Assembly (NCBI GenBank): GCA_963836205.1
Contig: CAWIIV010000019.1
Location: 42,042-106,041, forward strand
Reading direction: 5' to 3'
Source: an uncultured Acidimicrobiia bacterium
Lineage (GTDB): Bacteria > Actinomycetota > Acidimicrobiia > Acidimicrobiales > AC-14
Length of the DNA: 64,000 nt
Shown one piece after another: positions 10,373-21,122 of this stretch. Made by a program: the position numbers and the translations under genes. Each line of letters starts with the position of its first letter. Position 1 is the stretch's first letter. Below the pieces are notes generated by a model, which had not been told where the DNA came from, searched no databases, and saw only the letters and a program-made list of their open reading frames with translations.

Positions 10373-10752
10373 ACATCGACGCGAGGGCCACCGCCAAGGC
10401 GATCGCAGTGGGGCGGATGGCGCTGGGGGCCGGCTACTGCCTGGCGCCGGGCTTGGCCCTGCGGCTGTGGCCGGGGCAGGGCTCCGACGCCGACCCCTCG
10501 GCCCGCTTCCTGGCCCGGTCCACCGGCGTGCGCGACCTGGCCATCGGCATGGGCACCCTCTTCGCCCTCCGGAACGACGGTCCCGCCCGGGGCTGGATGG
10601 AGGCGGGCATGCTGGCCGACGCGGGCGACGCCCTCGCCGTCGTCCTCGGTGCCCGCTCGCTCCCCCGGCGCCGGGCCGTGCTCGCCTTCGCCGCCGCCGC
10701 GGGCACGGTCGTGGTCGGCCGGCGCCTGGTCGGCGCCCTGGGCAAGGGATAG
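10369..10752 (+). CDS. Small membrane protein (DUF4267-like)
   Basis: GRMALG....AP, GVRDLAIG, LADAGDA pattern. ATG overlaps the upstream stop. Confidence 0.75.
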   Translation: MNIDARATAKAIAVGRMALGAGYCLAPGLALRLWPGQGSDADPSARFLARSTGVRDLAIGMGTLFALRNDGPARGWMEAGMLADAGDALAVVLGARSLPRRRAVLAFAAAAGTVVVGRRLVGALGKG

Positions 10753-10763
10753 GACCGCCGCCC

Positions 10764-11984
10764 ATGGCCGTGGCGCCCGTCGACGTGGTGGTGGTCGGGG
10801 GTGGCCCGTCGGGGGCGGCCGCCGCCATCGTCCTGGCCCGGGCCGGGCGCGACGTGGTCCTGGTCGACAAGGCCACCTTCCCCCGCGACAAGTGTTGCGG
10901 CGACGGCCTCACCGCAGCCGCCCTGCGCGAGCTCGAGTGGTTGGGGCTGCGGCCGGAGTCGGTACCCGACTGGCAGGTGGTCGACCAGGCGTGGGTGCGG
11001 GGACCGACGGGGCGTACCGTCCGCTTCCCCCTGCCCGCCGACCGGGGCCAGTACGCGGTCTGCGCCCCTAGGGCCCAGCTCGACGCGGCCCTCCTCGACG
11101 TGGCCCGGGCTGCGGGGGTGAAGGTCCACGACGGCCATGGGGTCACCGGCGCCCGGGAGGTCGAGGGAAACCTCGAGCTCGACGTCGACGGCCTCGGTCC
11201 CCTGGTCGCCCGCTTCGCCATCGGGGCCGACGGGATGTGGTCGCCGCTGCGGAAGGCCCTCGGCGCGGCCCCGGCCGGGTACCTGGGCGACTGGCACGCC
11301 TTCCGCCAGTACTTCTCCGGCGTGGGACCGGAGGCCGACGGGCTGTGGGTGTGGTTCGAGCCCGACCTCCTGCCCGGCTACGCCTGGTCGTTCCCCCTGC
11401 CCGGGGGGCGGGCCAACGTCGGGTTCGGGATCCACCGGGGGGCGGGTATCCCGACCCGTGACATGAAGCGCATGTGGCCCGAGATCCTGGCTCGCCCCCA
11501 CATCCGCCAGGTGCTGGGCGAGGGGGCCGTGCCCGAGGGCGTCCACAAGGCGTGGCCCATCCCGGCCCGGGTCGACGACACCCCCCTCACCGCCGGCGGG
11601 GGGCGGGCCCTCTTCGTGGGCGACGCCGCCTGCGCCACCGACCCCATGACCGGCGAGGGCATCGCCCAGGCCCTGCTCAGCGGCCGGTGGGCGGCGGAGG
11701 CGATCCTGGCCCGCTCTACCGACGAGGAGCCGGCCGCGGTCGGCGCCGCCTACGAGAAGGCCATGCGCCGGGGCCTGTTCGCCGACCACCGCATGTCGAT
11801 GCGCCTCAGCCGCACCCTCTCCCACCGCAAGGGCGTCAACGCCGCCCTCCGCCTGGCGGGCTCGTCCGACTGGTCCCGCCGCCACTTCGGCCGCTGGCTG
11901 TTCGAGGACTGTCCCCGGGCCGTGCTCGTCACTCCCCGCCGGTGGGGCCGGGACGTCCTCTCCAGCCCGGGCGCCTACCGATGA
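10764..11984 (+). CDS. Geranylgeranyl reductase family FAD oxidoreductase (MenJ-like)
   Basis: DVVVVGGGPSG, FPRDKCCGDG, IGADG, GYAWSFP, VGDAA...DPMTGEGI. Confidence 0.88.
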   Translation: MAVAPVDVVVVGGGPSGAAAAIVLARAGRDVVLVDKATFPRDKCCGDGLTAAALRELEWLGLRPESVPDWQVVDQAWVRGPTGRTVRFPLPADRGQYAVCAPRAQLDAALLDVARAAGVKVHDGHGVTGAREVEGNLELDVDGLGPLVARFAIGADGMWSPLRKALGAAPAGYLGDWHAFRQYFSGVGPEADGLWVWFEPDLLPGYAWSFPLPGGRANVGFGIHRGAGIPTRDMKRMWPEILARPHIRQVLGEGAVPEGVHKAWPIPARVDDTPLTAGGGRALFVGDAACATDPMTGEGIAQALLSGRWAAEAILARSTDEEPAAVGAAYEKAMRRGLFADHRMSMRLSRTLSHRKGVNAALRLAGSSDWSRRHFGRWLFEDCPRAVLVTPRRWGRDVLSSPGAYR

Positions 11985-12610
11985 ACGTCGATGTCGAACG
12001 GGTGCGCACCGCGGGCGTCTTCTCCCTCGACGGCCAGGACTTCGAGGTGGAGAACAACATCTGGCTGGTCGTCTACGGCGACGACGTGGTGATCGTCGAC
12101 GCCGCCCACGACGCGTCCGCCATCGCGGCCGCGGTCGGCGGCCGCCGGGTGACGGCCATCGTGTGCACCCACGGCCACAACGACCACATCAACGCCGCCG
12201 TCGACCTGGCCGATGCGGTGTCCGCCCCCATCGCCCTCCATCCCGACGACCGGATGCTGTGGGACGTCATCCACCCCGGCCGGGCCCCCGACCTCGACCT
12301 GGCCGACGGGGCGACGGTGCCGTTGGGACCGGTGCCGCTCACCGTCCTCCACACGCCGGGGCACTCCCCCGGCGGCGTCTGCCTGTTCGCCGAGGAGTCG
12401 GGCGTGCTCTTCAGCGGCGACACCCTCTTCCGGGGCGGACCGGGCGCCACCGGGCGGTCGTTCTCCGACTTCGGCACCATCGTCGAGTCGATCCGCCGCC
12501 GGCTGCTCGTCCTGCCGCCGACCACCGTCGTCCACACCGGCCACGGCGACGACACCACCATCGGCGAGGAGGCCCCCCACCTCGACGAGTGGATCGCGAG
12601 GGGGCACTGA
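11981..12610 (+). CDS. MBL-fold metallo-hydrolase (glyoxalase II-like)
   Basis: THGHNDH, HTPGHSPG, FSGDTLF, HTGHG. Confidence 0.92.
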   Translation: MNVDVERVRTAGVFSLDGQDFEVENNIWLVVYGDDVVIVDAAHDASAIAAAVGGRRVTAIVCTHGHNDHINAAVDLADAVSAPIALHPDDRMLWDVIHPGRAPDLDLADGATVPLGPVPLTVLHTPGHSPGGVCLFAEESGVLFSGDTLFRGGPGATGRSFSDFGTIVESIRRRLLVLPPTTVVHTGHGDDTTIGEEAPHLDEWIARGH

Positions 12611-12642
12611 TCGGCCCGCCGGTCCGCGCCGGCCGCCCGTTC

Positions 12643-13110
12643 ATGCCCGGCTACGGCGTCGTGGGCCCGGGCGAGGGGTCGGGACTGCTGCCGTGGTCGT
12701 GGGCCGAGGAGCGGCTGACGACGTCCCGCCAGTACTGGGTGGCCACCACCTGGCCCGACGGCCGCCCCCATGTCATGCCGGTGTGGGCGGTGTGGGACGC
12801 TGGCTACCTATGGTTCAGCAGCAGTCTGGGCTCACGCAAGGCCCGCAATCTTGACGCCGACCCCCGTCTCACGGTGACCACCGACAACGCCCTCGAGCCG
12901 GTGGTGGTCGACGGCACGGCCGAACGGGTCGTCGATCTCGACGCCCGCAGCCGGTTCATCGGCCTCACCAACGCCAAGTACGGCACCGAGTACTCGGTCG
13001 ACTTCCTCGACCCTGGCGTCAACGCCACCTACCGGGTGGTACCCGTCCGGGTCATCGGGCTGGTCGAGGCCGACTTCGCCGGCTCCCCCACCAGGTGGTT
13101 GTTCCCATGA
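12643..13110 (+). CDS. Pyridoxamine 5'-phosphate oxidase-like split-barrel protein
   Basis: LLPWSWAEERL, YWVAT..PDGRPH..PVW, SRKARNL..DPR. Confidence 0.85.
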   Translation: MPGYGVVGPGEGSGLLPWSWAEERLTTSRQYWVATTWPDGRPHVMPVWAVWDAGYLWFSSSLGSRKARNLDADPRLTVTTDNALEPVVVDGTAERVVDLDARSRFIGLTNAKYGTEYSVDFLDPGVNATYRVVPVRVIGLVEADFAGSPTRWLFP

Positions 13111-13140
13111 CTGGATCTCTCCGATGACTGGGGTTCTCCA

Positions 13141-14331
13141 ATGACGATGCCGATCATCGACACCAACCGGTTCCGGCGCGAGATCCAGCTCATCTGCAAC
13201 GTGGCGTCCGACATCCCCACGCTCTTCGCGTCCCTCCGGGTCACCCTCGACCGCAACATCGAGTACGAGGGCTGCTCGTGGTTCACGTTCGACCCCACCA
13301 CCGGGCTGCCGACGTCGCACACGCCGTTCCGGTCGCTGCCCATCGAGGACTCCACCCGGTTCCTCGAGCACGAGTCCACCGTCGACGACGTCAGCCGGTT
13401 CGTCCACCTCGGGCGCGACCGTCCCAACGTGAGCCTCCTGTCCGACGCCACCGGCGGCAAGCTCGACACCAGCGCCCGCTACCGCGACTTCCTCCAGCCC
13501 AACGGCTTCGAGCACGAGCTGCGGGTGGCCTTCGTGCGGGAGGGGCTGTGCTGGGGCGGGGTGGCCTTCTACCGCAAGGACGACGCTCCCGACTTCATCA
13601 AGCCCGAGCTCAAGGCCCTGGCCGGGGTGGTTGAGTTCCTGGGGGAGGCCATCGAGCGGGCCCACCTCACTGGCGTGCTCAACCGGGAGGACGACGGCAG
13701 CCGGGCGCCGGGCATCATCGTGCTCGGGCCGGCCAACCGGGTCGACCTCATCTCCCCGCCGGCTGAGGTGTGGCTCACGGGCCTGGGTGTGGAGCTGGGC
13801 GACGCCTGGTCGACGGTGCTGCCGGGCGAGGTCTACGCCATCGCCAGCCACGCCCGCCGCACCGGTGCCGGCCACTTCGACGCCGGCCCCGCGGTGGCCC
13901 GGGCCAACACCGCCTCCGGCGACAAGGTCGACCTCCACGCCGCCCTCCTGGAGGGCGAGCCCCAGGGGCCGGTGGCGGTCATCGTCGAGCCCGTGCGGAC
14001 GACCGCGGTGGCGGAGCCGATCGTGGCCGCCTACGGGCTGTCGCCCGACGAGGCGGCCGTCCTCAGCCTGGTCCTGCGCGACCGGCCCACCGACGACAGT
14101 GCGCCGGTGCTGGCCAAGATCGGCGCCGCCGACCGCCACGAGGCGGTGGCGAAGGTCTACACCGACCACTACGCCTCCCGCCTGGAAGAACGCCAGGGCG
14201 TGGGCGCCGACGGCTGGTTCGACGGCATCCCCCACCCCCTCCCGGTGGACGACGACGAGGAGGCCGACGGCGACGGCGAGGACCCGGCCGAGGGCGGTCA
14301 AGGGGCCCGTCGAGGCGGGCCTGCCGGCTGA
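13141..14331 (+). CDS. GAF-like/LuxR-type transcriptional regulator with a truncated HTH
   Basis: DPTTGL.TS, SARYRD.L.P.G..HELR.AF...G.CWG, AVIVEP, AYGLS..E..V..LV..DHY; the HTH core is shortened. Confidence 0.75.
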   Translation: MTMPIIDTNRFRREIQLICNVASDIPTLFASLRVTLDRNIEYEGCSWFTFDPTTGLPTSHTPFRSLPIEDSTRFLEHESTVDDVSRFVHLGRDRPNVSLLSDATGGKLDTSARYRDFLQPNGFEHELRVAFVREGLCWGGVAFYRKDDAPDFIKPELKALAGVVEFLGEAIERAHLTGVLNREDDGSRAPGIIVLGPANRVDLISPPAEVWLTGLGVELGDAWSTVLPGEVYAIASHARRTGAGHFDAGPAVARANTASGDKVDLHAALLEGEPQGPVAVIVEPVRTTAVAEPIVAAYGLSPDEAAVLSLVLRDRPTDDSAPVLAKIGAADRHEAVAKVYTDHYASRLEERQGVGADGWFDGIPHPLPVDDDEEADGDGEDPAEGGQGARRGGPAG

Positions 14332-14417
14332 CGATGACGATGACGATGACGAGGCCGCGGACGCGGACCGCGGACGGCGGCGGCGGCGGCGGCGGGGAAC
14401 CCGCCGAGGGCGGCTCT

Positions 14418-14792
14418 CTAGGGGCCGTCGAGGCGGGACAGGGCGAGGCGCACCGCGGAGAGGGCCTCCCCGTGGTCGACACCCAGTTGCTGGACGGCCA
14501 CCGCGAAGGCCCGGGCCCGATCCTGGAGCTGGCGGGGGTCGGCGGCCGGTAGCCGGTGACCCCGCACGAACGTGCCGTGGCGGCCCCGGCTCTCGATGAC
14601 ACCGGCCGTCTCCAGCTCCCGGTAGGCCCGGGCCACGGTGCCGTTGGCCAGGCCCAGGTCGGCCGCCAGCTGGCGGATGGCGGGGAGACGGGTGCCGACC
14701 GGGAGCACGCCGGTGACGGCCATCGTGGTCACCTGGTCCCGGATCTGCTCGTACGGCGGGACGGGCGACGAGGTGTCGACCTCGATGATCAC
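14418..14792 (-). CDS. GntR-family regulator (YtrA subfamily)
   Basis: PPYEQIR.Q, G.RLPAIRQLAADLGLANGTVARAYRELE..G.....GR.GTFV with a short C-terminus. Confidence 0.92.
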   Translation of the reverse strand: MIIEVDTSSPVPPYEQIRDQVTTMAVTGVLPVGTRLPAIRQLAADLGLANGTVARAYRELETAGVIESRGRHGTFVRGHRLPAADPRQLQDRARAFAVAVQQLGVDHGEALSAVRLALSRLDGP

Positions 14793-15664
14793 GCCGGCCG
14801 CTCCCGGACGGCGTTCCGGCGCACCCTCCAGCCGCCCGGCTCGACCAGGATGCGCCAGCCGCCGTAGGCGAACCCGAGGGCACACAGACCGAACATCCAC
14901 CCTGTCCAGCGCAGGATCTCGACATCGGTGAGGGAAACGGCGAACAGCTCCACCGCCAGGCTGACCAGCACGATCACGACCGCGGCCGCTACCACCGCCC
15001 GGGCGCCGGCCGAACGGACGGCGTCGTCGGTGGCGATCTGGAGGGGTGTGCCCGCCGGCTGCGGCCGATGCAGGAGCAGGCGGGCGAGGCGGGGGGCGGC
15101 GAAGGCGAAGGCCACCGCCCCGACCGGGGGCACGACGGCCACCACCGCCCGGCCCACGGTCGCGCGGTCGTGCATCGGGAGCAGGAGGAAGGCGACCCCG
15201 GCGACGACCGACGCTCCCGCGCCCCACGCCAACCAGAGCCGGGCCACGGGCGGTACGTACTCGTCCAGCTCTCGGGGCGACAGGCTGGCGACCCGCCGCA
15301 CCGTGCCCGGCGGTCGCCCGCCGGCGAGCTCGCCGGCGAGGACACCGGCCAGATACCCCAAGGCCACCGCCCAGAAGTCGAGGAAACCGATGTTGCCCCC
15401 CGGACGCGGGGCCTGGTACACCCGCACCTCCAACTCCGGCACCAGGATGGCGACGCTCAGGCCCACCAGGGTTCCCGCCGCCCGCCACCGCCCGGCGCGC
15501 CGCAGGTGGTCGCCGAGCATCTCCTCGTTCTCGGCCGTCACCTCGAGCCCCTGGGCGGCGGCCCACGCCCGCACTCGATCGGGCCGGCCCGCGGTCAGGG
15601 CTCGGTAGGTGGGGCGGGGAACCAACACCAGGAACCATGCCAGCCCGAACAGGATGGATACCAC
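14789..15664 (-). CDS. Multi-pass membrane protein co-transcribed with the GntR gene
   Basis: About 7 hydrophobic segments; GGAGG RBS; stop overlaps the GntR start. Confidence 0.8.
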   Translation of the reverse strand: MVSILFGLAWFLVLVPRPTYRALTAGRPDRVRAWAAAQGLEVTAENEEMLGDHLRRAGRWRAAGTLVGLSVAILVPELEVRVYQAPRPGGNIGFLDFWAVALGYLAGVLAGELAGGRPPGTVRRVASLSPRELDEYVPPVARLWLAWGAGASVVAGVAFLLLPMHDRATVGRAVVAVVPPVGAVAFAFAAPRLARLLLHRPQPAGTPLQIATDDAVRSAGARAVVAAAVVIVLVSLAVELFAVSLTDVEILRWTGWMFGLCALGFAYGGWRILVEPGGWRVRRNAVRERPA

Positions 15665-15677
15665 CGCCCCACCTCCA

Positions 15678-15709
15678 GATCAATGTATCAGTACATTGAT
15701 ACATCGATC
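15678..15709. promoter_or_regulatory. YtrA/GntR operator palindrome
   Basis: GATCaATGTATCA-GTACAT-TGATACATcGATC, an AT-rich inverted repeat directly upstream of the RBS. Confidence 0.8.
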
Positions 15710-15720
15710 GGAGGCGGGCG

Positions 15721-16530
15721 TCAACCGTCCTGGCGGGAGGTGGTCTGGCGGGAGGTGGTACGGAAACCGACGACGAGGGCGATGTTGGCCGCGAACAGCC
15801 ACAGGCCGAGGAGCACCACCGCGGCCAGGGCCGTCGAGGCGTAGCGGCGCTCGAAGTTGGCACCCAGCCGCAGATAGGCCACGTAGGCGGCGGACAGCAC
15901 GGAGATGATGGCGGCTGCCACCAGCGCTCCCCGCACCGTCGCCGGCCAGGTCGGGGCGTTGCGCGGGAACACCTTGTAGATCACGGCCACCGTTGCCACC
16001 GTGGCCGCGAACCCGCTGACCAGGGCCAGCACCAGCCCCAGCGCGATCTCCGGCCCCGAGTCGCCCAGGGCGGTGGCGCCGGCGTAGCTCGCGACCAGGC
16101 TGCCGAGCATGAGCACCGGCACCAGGCAGACGAGCACCAGGGCCGTGCCCCGGCTGCGCAGGCTGTTCACCGCCCGGTCGCCCGCCACCCGGTCGAGGAC
16201 GCGCACCAGCGCCGACCCGTAGGCGGTGGCCGGCCACAGCGCCGCGACCAGGGCGGTGAGGCCGAGGGTGGCGCCCAGGTTGGCGACCTGCTCCAGGGCC
16301 CGGTCGGCCCCGAGGGAGGGCGGCGCCAGGCGCCCCAGCTCGTCGGCCACCTGGTGGACCTGGTTGTCGCTCACCAGCAGGCTGGTGACCCACAGGGCCA
16401 CCACCACCAGCGGGGCCACCGAGACCAGCCCGTAGAACGCCAGCGCGGCCGAGTAGAGGAAGACGTCGTCGGCCCGGGCGGCGACGACGGCCCGGTGGGC
16501 GCGCCGGACGGCGGCCTGGACCGCTCCCAT
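15721..16530 (-). CDS. YihY/virulence factor BrkB family membrane protein
   Basis: SAALAFY.L.S..P, IY...P, GAL.A, Y...LA.VV.L.LWLF. Confidence 0.85.
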   Translation of the reverse strand: MGAVQAAVRRAHRAVVAARADDVFLYSAALAFYGLVSVAPLVVVALWVTSLLVSDNQVHQVADELGRLAPPSLGADRALEQVANLGATLGLTALVAALWPATAYGSALVRVLDRVAGDRAVNSLRSRGTALVLVCLVPVLMLGSLVASYAGATALGDSGPEIALGLVLALVSGFAATVATVAVIYKVFPRNAPTWPATVRGALVAAAIISVLSAAYVAYLRLGANFERRYASTALAAVVLLGLWLFAANIALVVGFRTTSRQTTSRQDG

Positions 16531-16535
16531 CCCCT

Positions 16536-16658
16536 TCAACCGTGCTTGGGGACGACCAGGAGGTCGAGGACCTCGCCGATGGTCCGCTCCCGGCCGATCG
16601 AGCTGCGCCGCGGGAGGTGCTCCTGGATCGTGTACCGGTTGCGACGGCCGTCCCTCAT
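16536..16658 (-). pseudogene. C-terminal fragment of a winged-helix (MarR/ArsR-like) protein
   Basis: RDGRRNRYTI..HLP......RTIGEVLDLL resembles the wing and C-terminus of small actinobacterial wHTH proteins. No N-terminal half is present; rimM abuts it. Confidence 0.5.
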
Positions 16659-16666
16659 TCTCACTG

Positions 16667-17134
16667 TCAGTCGAGGAGGCCGGCGGGGGGGTCGATGACG
16701 AGGCGGCCGGCGGTGGGACCGCTCACCACGAAGACGAGGGGCACCAGCTTGCCGCCGGGGAGCACGAGCAGGTCGGACGCGGGATTGGCCTCCACCGACT
16801 CCACCGTCCCGTAGGCCCGCCCGTCGACTCCCACCACCTCCGCCCCGATGAGCTCGTGGATCCACAGGGTGTCGTCGTCGTCGCCGCCCGCCAGCGGTTC
16901 GGCCATCAGCACCGTGCCCCGCAGCGCCTCCGCCCCGTCACGGTCGCCGACGCCGGCGAAGGCCACGATCCACCGCCCCTGGTGGGGCGTGGCCCACAGG
17001 AGGGTGAGGTCGCCCCGGTCGGTGGCGAACACGAACCCGGACGCCAACCGCTCCTCGGGCCGGTTGGTGATCATCGAGACGATGACCTCGCCCTTCAGCC
17101 CGTGAGGCTTGACGATCTGCCCGACCTCCAGCAT
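16667..17134 (-). CDS. rimM: Ribosome maturation factor RimM
   Basis: VGQIVKPHGLKGEV, F.GV.DRD.AEALRG, LVP.V, IDPPAGLL. Confidence 0.92.
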   Translation of the reverse strand: MLEVGQIVKPHGLKGEVIVSMITNRPEERLASGFVFATDRGDLTLLWATPHQGRWIVAFAGVGDRDGAEALRGTVLMAEPLAGGDDDDTLWIHELIGAEVVGVDGRAYGTVESVEANPASDLLVLPGGKLVPLVFVVSGPTAGRLVIDPPAGLLD

Positions 17135-17205
17135 CGAGCGGCCCTAACTGGTGACGGTCAAGGTCCCCACAGGACCTTCAGCGTCACCGGTTCGAGTAGG
17201 TGGGC

Positions 17206-17692
17206 TCAGTCGACGATGTCGACGGACGTGTCGACGCCTTCACGGGCGCCGGCGGCCCGCACGACGGTGCGGATGGCCTGGGCCACCCGGCCCCGGCGGC
17301 CGATCACCCGTCCCATGTCGGACGGCGACACGTGCAGGCGGAGCGTCACCGACCGGCGACCCTCCTCCACCTCGATGTCGACCGCGTCCTCCTCGTCGAC
17401 GATCGAGCGGGCCAGGTAGTCGAGCACACCGGCGGACAGCCCTCCGACCACCCGGTTGCCGTCGACCTCGTCCTCCTGGTCGTCGTCGTCATCGTCGAGG
17501 TCGTCATCGTCGAGGTCGTCATCGTCGAGCTCGTCGTCGTCCTCGTCGTCCAACTCGTCCTCGACGACCGGCCCGTCGTCGATGACCGCCCCCTTCGACC
17601 GCCCCGCCTTCATCCTGGTCGTCGAGGTCGGGCCCGTCGTCAACGACGTCGTCCTCCTCGTCGAGGTCGGCGTCGGCGTGGACGTCGCTCAC
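17206..17692 (-). CDS. khpA: KH-domain RNA-binding protein KhpA with a long acidic N-terminus (probable frameshift in the homopolymer at 17589-17593)
   Basis: [31 protein letters not shown]. The GTG overlapping the rpsP stop opens [14 protein letters not shown]..., which joins the KH frame if one G is removed. Confidence 0.85.
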
Positions 17693-17952
17693 GTGGTGCC
17701 CTTGTACTCGCCCCAGGCGCCGGAGATCTCCAGGAGCTTGCGGGCGGGGTCGGACGGCTGGGCGCCCTGACGGAGCCAGCCCACGGCCTTCTCGTTGTCG
17801 ATCCTGACCACCGACGGCTCGGCCCGGGGGTCGTAGAAGCCGACGATCTCGATGAACCGCCCGTCGCGGGGCGACCGGGCGTCGGCCGCCACCAGGCGGT
17901 ACGTCGGCTGCTTCTTCTTGCCCATCCGCATGAGGCGGAGTTTCACTGCCAC
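17689..17952 (-). CDS. rpsP: 30S ribosomal protein S16
   Basis: [37 protein letters not shown]. Confidence 0.97.
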   Translation of the reverse strand: MAVKLRLMRMGKKKQPTYRLVAADARSPRDGRFIEIVGFYDPRAEPSVVRIDNEKAVGWLRQGAQPSDPARKLLEISGAWGEYKGTT

Positions 17953-17962
17953 GCTTGCTCTC

Positions 17963-19288
<1,326 letters not shown>

Positions 19289-19350
19289 GCCCGGACCAGG
19301 GTACTTGGTCGAACGGGTCCACCCTCCGACCCCCGGGCCGACCGTCGGAG

Positions 19351-19755
19351 TCAGCTACGGAGACTGCTGGCGACTTCCGGCCGGGCCTCCTCGGGCCGTC
19401 GTGCCGGGCGATTCTGGAGCCCCAGCGCCAACGCCGCGCAGGCGATGGCGACGTTGCGGAAGAGCACCTCGAAGGCGTCGACGTTGGCCGCCATGATGCC
19501 GACGAGGGTGGCCGCGGCCAGCAGTGACGCGGCGTAGGTGAGGCGGGGCGTCAGGAGTGACAGCGCCAGGAGGAGCTCGAAGACGGCGAACGCCGGGAGC
19601 AGGCCCGCCGCCCAGTCCTCCGGAAGGAACGACGGGGAGTACCGGGCGAACGTCGTCGGGTGCTGGAAGGACGCGGTGGCCGCGTAGAGGAAGACGAACG
19701 ACAGTCCCGCCCGCAGCAGCCATACCGGAAGCTGGTCGGAGGTGGTCGGTCGCAC
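19351..19755 (-). CDS. DoxX-like membrane protein
   Basis: LLRAGLSFVFLYAA, FAVFELLLAL.LL, FRNVAI. Start uncertain. Confidence 0.7.
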   Translation of the reverse strand: MRPTTSDQLPVWLLRAGLSFVFLYAATASFQHPTTFARYSPSFLPEDWAAGLLPAFAVFELLLALSLLTPRLTYAASLLAAATLVGIMAANVDAFEVLFRNVAIACAALALGLQNRPARRPEEARPEVASSLRS

Positions 19756-19862
19756 CGGTGGCGGGCCGATCCCGCCTCGCGCAGCCCAGCCCCGCCGGCG
19801 TCGCCCATCTCGCTCCATGCCCTTTGGGGTACGGGTGAACCGCTCCCGCGGATTGGCCCGCC

Positions 19863-21064
19863 TCAGGAGAACAGGGCGTCGACGAACTCGTCGGGGTCGA
19901 AGGCGACGAGGTCGGCGGCGGTCTCGCCCAGGCCGACCAGCTTGATGGGGATGCCCAGGTCGCGTTGGATGGCGAGGACGATGCCGCCCTTGGCCGTGCC
20001 GTCGAGCTTGGTGAGGACGACGCCGGTGACGTCGACCGCCTCCAGGAACTGCTTGGCCTGCACCAGCCCGTTCTGGCCGGTGGTGGCGTCGATGACGAGG
20101 AGGACCTCGGTGACCTTGCCCGGCGGCTTGTCGGCCACCCGGCGCACCTTGCGCAGCTCCTCCATGAGGTTGACCTTGGTGTGCAGGCGGCCGGCGGTGT
20201 CGGCCAGCACCAGGTCGACGTTGCGGGCCGCGGCCCGCTCGACCGCATCGAAGACGACCGCGCCGGGGTCGCCGCCCTCGTTGCCCCGCACCAGCGTCGC
20301 CCCCGCCCGCTTCGACCACAGCTCCAGCTGCTCGGCGGCCGCCGCCCGGAACGTGTCGCCCGCGGCCATGATCACCGTCCGCCCTTCCGACACCTGCTGG
20401 TGGCCGACCTTGCCGATGGTGGTGGTCTTGCCCACGCCGTTCACGCCCACGAACAGCCACACGTTGGGCGGGCCCGGCTCGTAGCGCAGGGACCGGTCGG
20501 CCATGGTGAGCTGCTTCTTGAGGTCGTCCTTGAGCGCCTCCACCAGCCCGTCGGCGGTGGTGATGCCCTCCGCCTTGACCCGGGTGCGCAGTTGGTCGAG
20601 GAGGGCGGTGGTGGAGCCGACACCCACGTCGGCCCGCAGCAGGGCCTCCTCCAGCTCGTCGAACGTCTCGTCGTCGATCTTGTCCCGGGTGCGCATGGCG
20701 CCCAGGTAGCCGCTGAACAGGCCCCGGGCCTTGCCCAGCCGGTCGCGGAACCGGGGCTTGGCCGGTGGCTCGGGCTCGACCGGCTCGGGCGCCGGGGCCG
20801 GCTCCCCGGGAACCGCCTCGGGCTCGGGCTCGGGCTGGGCTGGGCGGCGGCCAGCACCGCCTCCGCCTCCGCCACCAGCTCGGCCGCCTGGCGGTCGAGC
20901 TCCACCTCGGACGGGATCTTCCGCCGCTTCCTGGGCGGGGCCTCGGGAAGGGCCGACGCCGGGGGCGGATCGAGGTCGGTTCCCCGGCGGGGGCGGGCGG
21001 CGAGAACGGCGGCGACGATGCCGGTGACCACCAGCAGCGCCAGGACCAGGAGGACAAGTTCCAT
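19863..21064 (-). CDS. ftsY: SRP receptor FtsY (frameshift near 20835)
   Basis: N-terminal TM (MELVLLVLALL) in one frame; LEEALLRADVG, GVNGVGKTTTIGK, DTFRAAA, DTAGR, TKLDGTAKGG in another. The junction lies in CAGCCC/GAGCCC repeats. Confidence 0.95.
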
Positions 21065-21122
21065 TTGCCCTCAATGTAGGTGACCCCTGTCACCCTCCCC
21101 TCAGGCGGCCCGCCTTCCGGCG

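Noticed and set aside
14295-14420. Additional frameshift extending the LuxR-like regulator (DDDDDDDE...RRRRRRR frame)
   Set aside because: Plausible given the error rate, but the shifted frame has no stop until deep inside the convergent GntR gene, so it cannot be supported.
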